Assembly: GCF_006345805.1 (NCBI RefSeq) | Contig: NC_042998.1 | Location: forward strand, 104,966,001-105,030,000 | Length of the DNA: 64,000 nt | Reading direction: 5' to 3' | Source of the DNA: Octopus sinensis | Taxonomy: Eukaryota | Part shown: positions 37,557 through 49,719 of the stretch, in pieces | How the letters are laid out: each line of letters begins with the position of its first letter | Numbering within the stretch: the stretch's first letter is position 1 | Notes under the pieces: model-generated | Told to the model about the DNA's origin: nothing | Databases searched by the model: none | Seen by the model: only the letters and a program-made list of their open reading frames with translations | Made by a program: the position numbers and the translations under genes

Positions 37557-37615
37557 TGAATTTTCTGCTGCTTTAAATAAAGTATATATATATATATATA
37601 TATGCTTTAAATAAA

Positions 37616-37660
<45 letters not shown>

Positions 37661-38197
37661 GACACACGTACATGCATATAAACACACACACACACATATA
37701 TACATCACAAACTAATTTTATGAAATTTGTGCACATGTACACCAGTTCTAACAAATTTTTAGCATAGCATTATATCACATCTTGCTTTAATATTTAGTTG
37801 ACAGTTAACACCACAGCTAGAGACAAATTATGAATCAGTAGGTAATGTTTTCTAAAATTTTTAATATAAACAATATAAAACATTTGTAAATAGAAATGTT
37901 GTTTATATAATGTTGCTTTACATGTAAAATATTAACTACTGACTGATAATGTATTTCTTATTCATGAGATTAAACCTCATCTAAACACTCATGTGTATAC
38001 TTGTATACCCACATACCTTCTTGCAAACACCCTTGGTCATACAAACTCATATGTAATGTACAAATGGATTAGGTTTTAAGCGTAGTTTCATAGCCGGCCG
38101 CCAACACTTTTTTCTACAAAATAGGGGTAGCTTATCCTGTTCAGGCTATATTATTAGCATTATCCTGCGTTTGAGAATTTAAAATCACTTCTTTAAC

Positions 38198-38843
38198 TTT
38201 TGGAGTGAAATCTGGAGCAAAGACAAGGAGCACAAGAAGGAGGCTTAATGGTTGCAAGAACTGTAACAAACAGTAGCCTATCCACAACAGACAGAACTAG
38301 TCATTTCAGTTAGTATAGTGAAGGAAACCAGCAAAAAAATTGGCAACTGGAAGGCCCCGGGACCAGATAGATTTCAAGGCTACTAGATTAAAAGATTTGG
38401 TGAATGTCCTCCACAAATAGCTGCACAACTCAACATCTTGTTCAATGCTGACCAAGTAACACTAGAGTGGCTGACAATGGGTAGGACAATGCTGTGCTTT
38501 TAAAACATCAAAAAAGATAATAAGGTAGACAAATACAGCCCGACATCCTGCTTGCTACTTATGCGGAAATTATTGACTGAAATAGTCGCAGAGCCAAAAA
38601 ATGGAGTCCTACCACATGAGGAGAAGGGTTGCAAGCATAAGTGCAGAAGTAGCAAAGATCATCTCCTGGTAAACAAAACTGTACTTAGAGACTGCAAGAT
38701 GAGGAAAACTAACTTAGCTATGTCATGGATCGATTATTGTAAGGCATACGATACGATCCCACATTCTTGGATTATGGAATGTACGAACCTGTTTGGTATT
38801 GCACTGAATGTTGAGTGATTGCTTGGAAAATGTATGGTGAAGT
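38198..38843 (+). pseudogene. R4/Dong reverse transcriptase fragment
   Basis: FWSEIWS...NWKAPGPD...WLTMGRTML...EEKGCK...KDHLLVNKTVLRDCKMRKTNLAMSWIDYCKAYDTIPHSWI. Confidence 0.9.
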
Positions 38844-39410
38844 TTTATGGTGTTTGAGAGCTTTTTTTGAAAGGGGGATTTGTATTTGGAGACTTTTATG
38901 TTTCTAATTAAATTAAACATATCTGCTTCAAATTTTTTGAGATGGGGGTTGTGTGGAGGGTTCTTATATGATTTGTGGTTGTAGCTGTTGGTATTTCTGC
39001 ATTTTTGATTGTCATGGAAGAAAGCCTTCCATCTCATTCTTTGGATGAGGTCCTTAGTTTTGGTGAGGAGGAGTAAGAGGAAAATCTTTTGTGAAGGAAT
39101 AGCTGTATCCTTAAGAGAAATGCCAAGGAATTGTTTATCCATTACTGAAGCTTTACCTGAGATAAGTGCTTATAATAGCGAGAAATGGAGGTTATGAAAG
39201 GTAATGTTGCCAAAAAGACCCAAAGGTGTCAGGTAATGCTGAGTAAGTGCTATGGACAGACTAAGGTTAAGCTCCAGGTTTGGTGATTAAGCGAATAAGG
39301 AGTCCATCGTAGGTCATATATCAGCATGTGTATATAAAAAAAAATTTTCAGAATGAGATAAAAAAAGCCAAGACTGTGAAGAATTTAGAACATTTATAAA
39401 TAGGCCTTTC
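38844..39410 (-). mobile_element. Penelope-like element 5' end (N-terminal ORF, UTR, pseudo-LTR segment)
   Basis: IQRMRWKAFF...YNHKSYKNPP...LKKFEADMFNLIRNIK, typical of the PLE N-terminus. 39331-39406 is the inverted counterpart of about 40435-40515. Confidence 0.75.
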
Positions 39411-39659
39411 ATACTCGAAAATCACAACCATCTAATTATATTTGTGTGTATATGTGTGCATAGATATGTGCATGTGTATATATGTGTATGTGTATGCGTG
39501 TATGTGTGAATATATGTATGTATGCAAGGAATATATACCTGTGTGTGCAGGTGTGATAATACATGCAGATACACGTATATATAGGTATACATATGTACAT
39601 ATAGATATGAGTACGAGCTATATATGTAGATGTTGGTATGTATAAATATCTGTATAAAA

Positions 39660-40515
39660 TATATATAAACATGTTTAATATATGCATCTGTATACATCTT
39701 CACATATATATTTTCTTCTACTACTAAGCATTAACCTGTCCAACCAACCTAATTTATATTCCCAAATTCTTCATTCCACCATATCACTACCCCTACCCTC
39801 TCTCTCTCTCTCTCTCTCTCTGCCCCATCACTTAGGCTCTATCACTTCATACCTGACACTCCTTTTCTTTTTACACTAATATACCTCTCTCTCTCTATTA
39901 CCTTTATTCCTTCTATCTGACACTCCTTTACTCTCTACCCTATCATCTTTTTACACTCTCATATCTTTCTCTATCACCCTCACCTCTCCCATTTCTACTA
40001 TCAATTTATCTTGACTGACCACTAACTGGTACATTTTCCCTCTCTTCATCTCTTTACTATATCTCTCTTTGCTTTTCTTTTTTCTTTATTTCTCTCTTCC
40101 TGTTTTCGATTTGACCTTACAAATACATTCCCTACTTTTAGGTCACTTTAAATAAACCCTCGATTCAATAGCACTGTTTACAAACTCTATACTTGGAATG
40201 ACCAATTTTAAATACTATTGGAATTTACTCACAAGGTATTAGAATCTTATATGTATACCATTCTACCTAAATAATAGATCTACAAATGCAATATCTCTGC
40301 ATGTCTCACATCTATTTTCATTCTTCCTCTTCACTCTGTATTTCATATTTTATCTAAATTAACTATTGCTTAACGATTTTCTCACACCATCTGCAATTAA
40401 GGGATATATAAAATATCCCAGAAACAGCTGTAAGACCTTCTACTTATAAATGTTCTAAATTCTTCACTGATTTGGTTTTTTTTATATCATTCTGAAAAAA
40501 AAAAATTTTTGTATA
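39660..40515 (+). mobile_element. Penelope-like 3' region (pseudo-LTR) with decayed hammerhead
   Basis: Pyrimidine-rich region, then tct-gcaatta-a-GGGATAT-ataaa-ATATCCC-a-GAAAC-AGCT-GTA-aga at 40390-40435; ends in (TA)n. Confidence 0.6.
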
Positions 40516-40734
40516 TATATATATATATATATATTTATATTGTAATGTAATAATTACTATGAAGCATTGTATAGAATATATTGTATAAAGGATTATGGGT
40601 AAGGCCAGAACAATCCAAAATAGATGCAAGGCAAATCACCTATATTTGTTTTCTTGCGATTTGCTTTGCATTTACTTTGCATTGTTCCGGGCTTATCCAT
40701 GATCCTTTATACAATATATATACATATATATATC

Positions 40735-41515
40735 ATTATCACCATCATCATCATCATCATCATCATCATCACCACCATTTAACATCTATTTTCTATGTTT
40801 GACTGGAACAGGCAAGTTAGAAGACTGCACCAAGTTCTGTCGTCAGTTTTGACATGGATTATACAGCATAGATGCCCTCCCTAACACCAAACACTTTATC
40901 ACTTTGTGTTTTTTATGTGCCACCAGCAGTAGTGAGGTTATCTAGTAACTTGCAGAACAAGATCCCCTCAACTGTGTGGGGAGTAGTATTGACAGAATAG
41001 AAATGTGCCTTGCATTAGAAGAGAAACAGGACTCCCCCAGGTGAAGAAGAAATAGAGGTGAAAAAGAGGGTGAAGATATGACGGAGAGAAGGCAGGTGCT
41101 GTGTACCCAAGTTCAGAGTGGTGTAAATAGTGAAGTGAACCAGGGATTGGAAAGATTGGGTAGGTGGGTGAGTTCACAAGGTTTCAAAAGGAAAGTAGTA
41201 GCTAGAGGTGGAGGAAGGGATTTAACAGGGACAAATTGTTTGGACATCAGTAGGTGGAGACATGAGGGAGAATGGAGGGAAGTGGGGAGAATGGAGGGAA
41301 GTGGGGAGAATCATCGGTGGTGAGCATGGGTGGGTTGTGGAAGAGAGAAGGGATCATAGACATAGATTTAAGTTTGTTGGCCAAGTCTTCTCAAGCACAG
41401 CATATCATCAGTTGTCTTGGTTTTTTTTGTCATTTCCTTTGTGAGGCCCAGCTGGCTTCATTTATTTCAACCCTTTGTATGTCCTCTAAAGTCACAACCC
41501 ATGTTTCACTGCCAT
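40735..41515 (-). mobile_element. Degenerate RTE 3' region pieces
   Basis: (CAT)n-ttaacatc...gatgccctccctaacacc and gtcttctcaagcacagcatatc. Confidence 0.65.
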
Positions 41516-43079
41516 ACCACTTAGCTGTTCCAGGTATGATCAACAAAAAGAGTACTCCACCTGGTGAGTGATAAATATTGTTTAATGTATGCAGTATATA
41601 GTTATGAGCTACTTATAGTTTCATACATTAAAGATTTTATCAAGGCTGGTTTTAAAACATGCCAAGTGTCTCCAAGTAATTTTTAGGCTCTGTGAACATG
41701 ACCTATACAAGTTACAAATCCAGGCAATAGGATTAGAGAAATCATGAGAAAAACAAGATAAAAGTTGGTTTACAAAGTAGAAGAGGGAAGAAAACAGAAA
41801 ACGAAAGGACAAAAGAAGAATCAGAATTATATCCCCTTCAGCCATAAAGCCATAAGGCTAGATGGTGTAGAATCAATGAAAGGGGTTTAAAGTCTGTGAT
41901 ACAGCTAGTCAACCATCAAAAGAAACTTGTTCAAATGTTTGCATTTGCTGGAAATTTCTGATCTGGAATTCAGCAATGCAGTGGAATCCTTAGATCTAAA
42001 AAGGATGTATGATCTTACAGTTACTCATAACTTGCCTTTTTTTATCCACTAACATATGGCATGGAGTTTTCTATGATTTTCCACTTGATTATATGTGGTG
42101 TTGAATTGGTCTTTGAACCCAGACGTAGCTAGCCAACTTAGTGGCTTTACTTTTGTCCATTCACCAGAAAGAAGATAGGTGATTATCATAGCATCTTTTG
42201 AAATCACTTTCGTATAACCTGATGCAATTTTTCTTTTTGGTCAGGTTATCATGTAACATTGGTGTAAATTCTGCCTCATGTATGACAGAGTTTATCATCC
42301 TGCTCAATGATGATGATGATAATCATTAGCATCATGGTCATGAGGCAACAGTCATGACAACAAAAATGTTGTGGATGACATCTACAGTGGTGGTGATGAT
42401 GAAAGTGGTGGTGGTGGTGGTGGTAGTTGTGGTGGTGGTAGTTGTGGTAGTTGTGGTGGTGGCGGTGGTCTTTAAAAAGGAGATGCTAGAATAATGTAAT
42501 TAGAATTATAAAAAGGTGGGATGGTCATGACTGGAATGCCCTTGATCATAGTTTTGTATGACCAGAGCTTACCCTGGATAAACAACAACAACAACAGTTT
42601 CATTAGATTTTCAGTGAATTCTTATAATATATTTCTATGCATTCATTTAATAATATTTGTTTGAAAACACAACAGAAGATCTCGACACTTATATGCGCCT
42701 ACACAAACTTATCTGTGTGTATGCACATATCTGTATGTGCATACATGCATACACATTACATGCTTGAGTTCTTTATATGCTTGCAGTGAAATACAAAGAC
42801 AGTGGAGAATCTAAATAACAAATAAATAAGGGAATAAAAATAGAAGTAAATGTCAAAGAGATAGGCATCAAGTTCAAACACAGCTTGCTGCCAAGGATTA
42901 GCTTAAGTAATCTGACACAGTGTAAGGATCTAAAGATGGAAGCTGAACAGCCTTAGGATTATTCTCATCAAGTCAATAGCTTGGTTATTAATGACAGCAG
43001 CTGACTAAAGTGTCTTGCAGACATATGGATAATCTGATTTTAGAAGCCTACTTGAAGAGAAACCTGGAAGAAGCAGGAA

Positions 43080-43660
43080 GTGAGAGTAAGAAAGAGAAAA
43101 TTAGATAGGAAGAAATTAGAAAGAGATATATTAGAGAAAGAAAAACGTATTAGAGTTGGATAGATAAAGAAAATTAGAGACATAGACAGAAGGAAATTAG
43201 ATTATGGCAAATAGAGAAAAGGAAGTAGAGAAGGAAACATGGAGATAAATTAGAGTAAGAATGAAAGTGATTAATCTAGGGTGGGAGAGATAGTAAGAAA
43301 TTAGAATGGATAAATAGAGAAAAAGAGGTTAGAGAGGGATTGATAAAGAGAAATGGTTTTGCATTGCCATACCATGGAGTCCTCAAATCTTGATATATTA
43401 TAGGAGCACTATTGTTCACAACAAACCTTATATCTTGGGTGTCTAAACCGAGTAGAGGTCCACCCTTTCCAGATCCAAATATGGATGATTCCTCCTCTTC
43501 TTTCTTTTTCGTCTTCATTAGAAAAGATAGAGAAAAGGAAAGAGAGATAGAGAGAGAGTGAAGGGTTGTAGTGGAAAGGGAAGAGATAAATTTGAGTATG
43601 ATGAATTAGAAAAGACAGAGAGAATTAGAGCGTGAGGTATAGAGTGGAAAGAGAAATAAT
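43080..43660. repeat. GA-rich low-complexity tract interrupted by a complex segment at 43354-43518
   Basis: Seen directly. Confidence 0.8.
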
Positions 43661-44149
43661 GAAAAGAAAAGTCAGTGGATTGGAAAAACCAGCCTGATCA
43701 TTGTTTGCTGCAGTGTTCTTAATATTATTATTCATATGAGAATAGTATTGACTGCTGTTTCTAACAAGCAGGTTGAGTGTTCACATAGAGTTTCTCATTG
43801 GTTCTTTAGTATTTGTTTTTGATGTTGTTGTTTATCTTCAGGGTAGTTCTGATCCAGGAGACCTACAGTCAAAATTTTTTTAGCAATGATCAGTACATCT
43901 AAATGCAACAAGACTAAAATTTTACAATGTTTTCTTCTCTTTTAAAAATTGGTAGTATGTGATATGATATGAAATTTGTTCACTATTTCCGGAATGATCA
44001 AGTTGAGGCTCGATCATGGACTTTAGATTTTTCTTTATGTTTTTTGTTTAGCTCCAGGTCATCCCTGATTGAACAGATTTGTGATAAAAGACATATTACC
44101 CAAGGTCCTTATAGCTTTTTTTACAGTAATCTAGGATAATGTTATCTAT

Positions 44150-44372
44150 TATTCTTTTATTCTTTTAATAGTTTTAGTCATTTGACTGCGGCCATGCTGG
44201 AGCACTGCCTTTAGTCAAACAAATCGATCCCCAGGACTTATTCTTTGTAAGCCTAGTACTTATTCCATTGATATCTTTTGCTGAACCACGAAGTTATGGG
44301 GACATAAGCACACCAACATCGGTTGTCAAGTGATGGTGAGGGGACAAGCACAGACACACAAACATATACACG

Positions 44373-44405
<33 letters not shown>

Positions 44406-44601
44406 CACACACACACACACACATATATATGTATATACAATGGGCTTCTTTCAGTTTCCATCTACCAAATCTTTTCATAAGGCTTTGGTCAGCTTGAGGC
44501 TATAGGAGAAGACACTTGCCCAAGGTGCCATGCAGTGGAACAGAACCAAAAACCATGTGGTTGGTAAGCAAGCTACATACCACACAGCCACTCCTGTGCC
44601 T
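44150..44601 (-). mobile_element. Full-length family-A SINE
   Basis: Family motifs with internal (CA)n. Confidence 0.9.
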
Positions 44602-45848
44602 ATGTTCATTTTATTTTTAAGGTGTTATAGATGTCTTTGAGGTAGATTTGGTTGCCATTTCTAACAGATTGAGTGGCCATGTAGAAGCTGACTTGCAGAA
44701 TCATGCTTCTACTACTGTTGGTGATGAAATGCTTTAGTCAATACCAATGCAGCTACTCAAACATGATTTACTCACAAGCAAATTTTTTCTTCCATAGCAA
44801 TGGGTCACCCCGAGTAACATTTTGGATGAAAATGGTTAGATGGAAACTGTATGGTGGTCTCTTAGATTGTCTGCACCCACAATTCAAGGGAACTGCTTTA
44901 TCACATATATTGTCATATCCCATTATGCCTGACGATTATGTTAAAGGTACAGGCCTGTGAAATACTCGAACCACTTACATGCTAATTCAGTAGTCTAGTT
45001 GATTAAACAACTGGTATACTCATCATTGAAACTAATAGAAGATCTATATATTTGTAATACTCTACTGAGTATTCCATCTCGAAGCATCTGACAACATTTG
45101 AATTTAAAATCTTAAATTAGAGTAGTTAACATTTTAAACATGAGTTTGTTGAGAGAACTAAACAACTGCTGTGAGCTGGTAGAATAAAATCAGAGAAGTA
45201 TCATTGCTTGGTAGAGGGAATTGTTTGTATTTTTTAGCATTCAGTTAGCCATGACTGTCTAAACTTGTAATCAAAGGCATTCAAGTCATAATTATCCCAT
45301 CTTATTCAGGTGTAGAGAATCTAGATTACACTAGGCAAGGGTCTTTTCCTGTTTTTAGGGTAATAAAGTATAATTTGTGAGAGATTTCATTTGGCTGCTA
45401 TATCTGCAGATCAAACTATAACTCAGAAGCTCTTTCATCGACTCAAATATGTAGGGTTGTCTCAAATACAATGTGTTGTTTGGTGCAGCTGAGATTACTT
45501 GGTTGGAGACATATTGTTAAATGACAGTTATAAATTTTTATGCAAAAACAGCTATGATATCAATAGTCTTGCAAACTCAAAAGTCTGTGCTGGGATATAC
45601 ACTACCATTAGTAAATATAAAATAACATCAACGATCAGATTCTGATCAAGTTCACCTTTCCTGTCTTTGCTGTGGTTAGAACCAAACAGAAAAGATACAG
45701 AAGTAGATGAGAAGATGGAGAGAGTGCACCATCATTCATGTTAGATTACACAGATGGGTATAATGTAACATTCTTTTACATTAACATGGTGGACAGGTCA
45801 GTTTTAGCTTCCTTACTATTATAATGTAAACCTTTGTGCATGTATACT

Positions 45849-46250
45849 AATATTCCACTGAACTTTTTTATAATTCCTTCTGGAAATTATCTTGAGAATG
45901 TATATATTTGTTGTAATATTTTGTGCCCAATATTTGAATGAACTTGTTAAACTTTTTTATGTTCTTAACATGCTCTTGTCACCAAAGAATGTATATATAT
46001 GTGTTTTAGTACTCTGTGTCAACCAATATTTTGTGTGTGTTTGAATATACAGATACAATACCAATATCCCACTGAACTTTTTAATAATTCCTTCTGGAAA
46101 CTATCTTTAACATGTTCTTGAGAATGTATATTTATGTTGTAATCTTTCATGCCCAATATTTTAAGGAACTTGTTAAACTTTTTTATGTCCTTAACATTTC
46201 CTTGTTACCAAAGATTGTATATATGTGATGTAGCATTTTGTAACAACCAA
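45849..46250. repeat. Diverged direct tandem duplication, period about 214 bp
   Basis: aatat(t/c)ccactgaacttttt...gaacttgttaaactttttt...accaaaga at 45849 and 46063. Confidence 0.9.
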
Positions 46251-46361
46251 TAATTAACGCAGCCAAACTTCTACATGTTACTTTTGACAATCTTTTTCCA
46301 AAGAGTGTAACCGGTAAAGTAAATAAACATCTTTTAAAATTGCATTTTCAAACCTTCTTTC

Positions 46362-46988
46362 AAGATTTTAGTTTAGATAACTTTAAAACAGAAAGTTAGT
46401 ATCATAGAAACCTGATGGGAAGTTGTCAGGCAGGCTGGTATCAAAAGGGTTATGCCATACTAAATGAAAGCTATTTTCAAAAAGATAATTGTTCAAAGAT
46501 TTAATAAGAGTGTGCTCGATAGTGTAGTTACCAACTAGTATTAATTGAGTTTCTAATTAGTTAGAATTATAGCACACGTTGATTATTGACATGTTGTCAG
46601 CCCTAACTTAGCAGACCTATGGTATATATATGTATATATATATCATCATCATCATCATCATCATCGTTTGGCGTCCGTTAAACGATGATGATGATGATGA
46701 TGATGATATATATATACATATATATACCATAGGTCTGCTAAGTTAGGGCTGACAACATGTCAATTAATCAACGTGTGCTATAATTCTAACTAATTAGAAA
46801 CTCAATTAATACTAGTTGGTAACTACACTATCGAGCACACTCTTATTAAATCTTTGAACAATTATCTTTTTGAAAATAGCTTTCATTTAGTATGGCATAA
46901 CCCTTTTGATACCAGCCTGCCTGACAACTTCCCATCAGGTTTCTATGATACTAACTTTCTGTTTTAAAGTTATCTAAACTAAAATCTT
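46362..46988. repeat. 627-bp near-perfect palindrome (308/309-bp arms, 10-nt loop)
   Basis: Arms 46362-46669 and 46680-46988 are reverse complements with one 1-bp indel seen. Confidence 0.97.
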
Positions 46989-47128
46989 CTTTCAAAATTT
47001 CATGTTAATCTATGTCCTAACTACCAAGTTAATGGCAAAGTTATTTTATTAAACACTTCATTATGTTCAAATTTAATTTAAAATAAACAATAGTGTATTT
47101 CAACAAAAATATGGAAACAAAAGGATTA
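46898..47128 (+). mobile_element. piggyBac-like MITE
   Basis: Ends taacccttttgatacc and ggaaacaaaaggatta, a decayed TTAA-CCC...GGG-TTAA; related end at about 32105-32170. Confidence 0.55.
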
Positions 47129-47671
47129 TTTTGAATCATTTGTTTAAAAATATGCTTTTAACTTTCAAATTAAATGTAGTCTTTTTATTTGAGGGATCTA
47201 TTTGCATTTTACATGTGATAAAACTGCATTTGCTATTTTTCTAGTCACTTTTATTTCACTGAAATAATTTTTTTAGTCATTTATATTTCATTCTAATACA
47301 GAAGTTTTACAGAACTTTGAAGAGCACAGTTTTAAAGAATACATTAATTGTGACTTCTCTAAACAAACATAACACAATATTAGATCAACTGGAAAAAGAC
47401 AGCTTGAGGAAACAATGCCAACATAATACAGATCAATCTTCACAGGAGCATTTTCCTCATTATCTCTTCTTTTATTTTCTCTATGATGTACATTGTCTAG
47501 TTATAATTATTCTACTTGCCTCAATCTATGTCTGACAAACAGCTGGTACTTTTATGAAATGGCAAGTATATTATCTATTTTGGAAATGTTTGGCTACCAA
47601 AATACTTTCTCAAACATTATACAAATGTCTAATGCATATTTACTTACATATGTACTCACACACATATTTAT

Positions 47672-47715
<44 letters not shown>

Positions 47716-47740
47716 ATATGTATATATGTATATGTTTATA

Positions 47741-47791
<51 letters not shown>

Positions 47792-48149
47792 TTATTTATT
47801 TATACATAGAGAGAAAGAAACAGATAAAGATATATATATTATATAATATGAAGCAAATCTTTAAAATTAAGCCAAAGAGAAGAGGTCTTTCAAGGAAAAC
47901 ATTTTTGTTGGCAATCTCCAGTCTACTAGAGAGAAAGCTTATTCCAGGCAAATCTTCAGCTGAGATTTGAGATCACACCTTTCTAACTTATACTATTCCA
48001 GAAGGAATATCTAAACACCATCATGATGCAGTCCTCTGAAGATATCTTTGCGTTTTACATTAAAGACAAGAAGGCTGGTTTGATGAAAGCAATCAGGAGT
48101 GCCAGGATTTATTGGCTAATAAGTTTTAACCTTTAACAACAACAACAAT

Positions 48150-49330
48150 TACCACTAGAATAAGAATAGCCTGGGCAAAATTCAGAAATCTTCTACTCCT
48201 ACTAGTGACAAAGGGCCTCTTGCTCAGAGTGGGAGGTAGATTGTATGATGCATGTGTGTGAACTGCCATGCTTCACAGCAGTAAAACATAGACTATGACT
48301 GCTGAAGACATATGTAGGCTTGAAAGAAATGAAGCTAGCATGATCCACTCTATGTGTAACGTCAGTGTACACACACGACAGAGTGTAAGCACCCTGGGAG
48401 AAATGTTAGATATAAGAAGCATCGGATGTGGCGTGCAAGAGAGGCGTTTGTGTTGGTATTGTCATGAACTGCGGATGGATGAGGAGAACTGTGTGAAGAA
48501 GTGCCACTCCCAAACAGTGGAAGGAATATGGGGCAGAGGTAAACCCAAGAAGACATGGGATGAGGTGGTGAAGCATGAGCTTCGAACGTTGATAAAAGAC
48601 TGAGACCTCTGGAGGTATGCTGTGACTGAGAAGACCCAGCAAATAAAGTCCACAGCTGTAACTTACACCAGTGTCACATAGCCAGCCCACTCAAAAGTAC
48701 CTTGGATTGTGGGGTGACATGCTGTGCTTGAGGAGGCCTATTGAGTCAAGTATGTCAACATCAGCAATATCAAAATCAAATCAAATGGAAATTGTAGTTG
48801 TGAGTCCCATGCTGGTAGCACATAAAAAGCACCATCTGAATCTGAATGTGGCCAATACCAGTGCCACCTTGACTGGCTTCCATGCCGGTGGCACATAAAA
48901 AGCATCAATGCCAAGTCAAGTACATCAACATCAGCAATATCAAAATCAAATCAAATGGAAATTGTAGTTGTGAGCCCCATGCCAGTAGCATATAAAAAGT
49001 ACCATCCGAACATGGCCGATGCCAGTGCCGCCTTGACTAGCTTCTGTACTGGTGGCACATAAAAAGCACCATCTGATCGTGTCAATGCCAGCTCCTCTGG
49101 CTCCTTGTGTCAGTGGCACGTAAAATGCACCCACTACACTCTCAGAGTGGTTAGCATTAGGAAGGGCATCCAGCTGTAGAAACACTGTCATATTAGACTG
49201 GGGCCTGGTGCAGCCTCCTTTTTCCCAGACCCCAGTTAAACTGTCCAACCCATGCCAGCATGAAAAACGGACGTTAAACAATGATGATGATGATGATGAT
49301 GTTGATGATGATGATATTGATGATGATGAT
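48150..49330 (+). mobile_element. RTE LINE 3' end (ORF2 C-terminus, 3' UTR with array, (GAT)n tail)
   Basis: TRIRIAWAKFRNLLLLLVTKG...RLERNEASM..MCNV...ERRLCWYCHELRM...GRGKPKKTWDEVVKHELR; 3' UTR block duplicated at about 48745-48905 and 48913-49100. Confidence 0.92.
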
Positions 49331-49719
49331 ATATTGATTCATCTATCCATATACGTACATATATATGTACATATATATATATGAAGCTGGTCAAGTCAAT
49401 AAACATCTCTAAAAGAGCTTTGCATTTTCAAATCTTTCTTTCATATATATATATATATATATTCTGCACACATTCACTCATATACACCCACACATATTAA
49501 TTGTAAGTGTAACAATTGGCCAACTGGCTTGTGTTGGCAAGCACATTTTCAGTGGTCAAAAGGAATTCAAAGGAAAATTATTTAACATTTATAAAATCAA
49601 ATTAGAGAAACATATTTCAAGGAAACAAAACAAAAACATAGCTTTTATAAATTATATTATCATTTAGATCTAAATATCTATATTGGTTAATTAGACTAGA
49701 TTTATATGTTAAATGTTGA

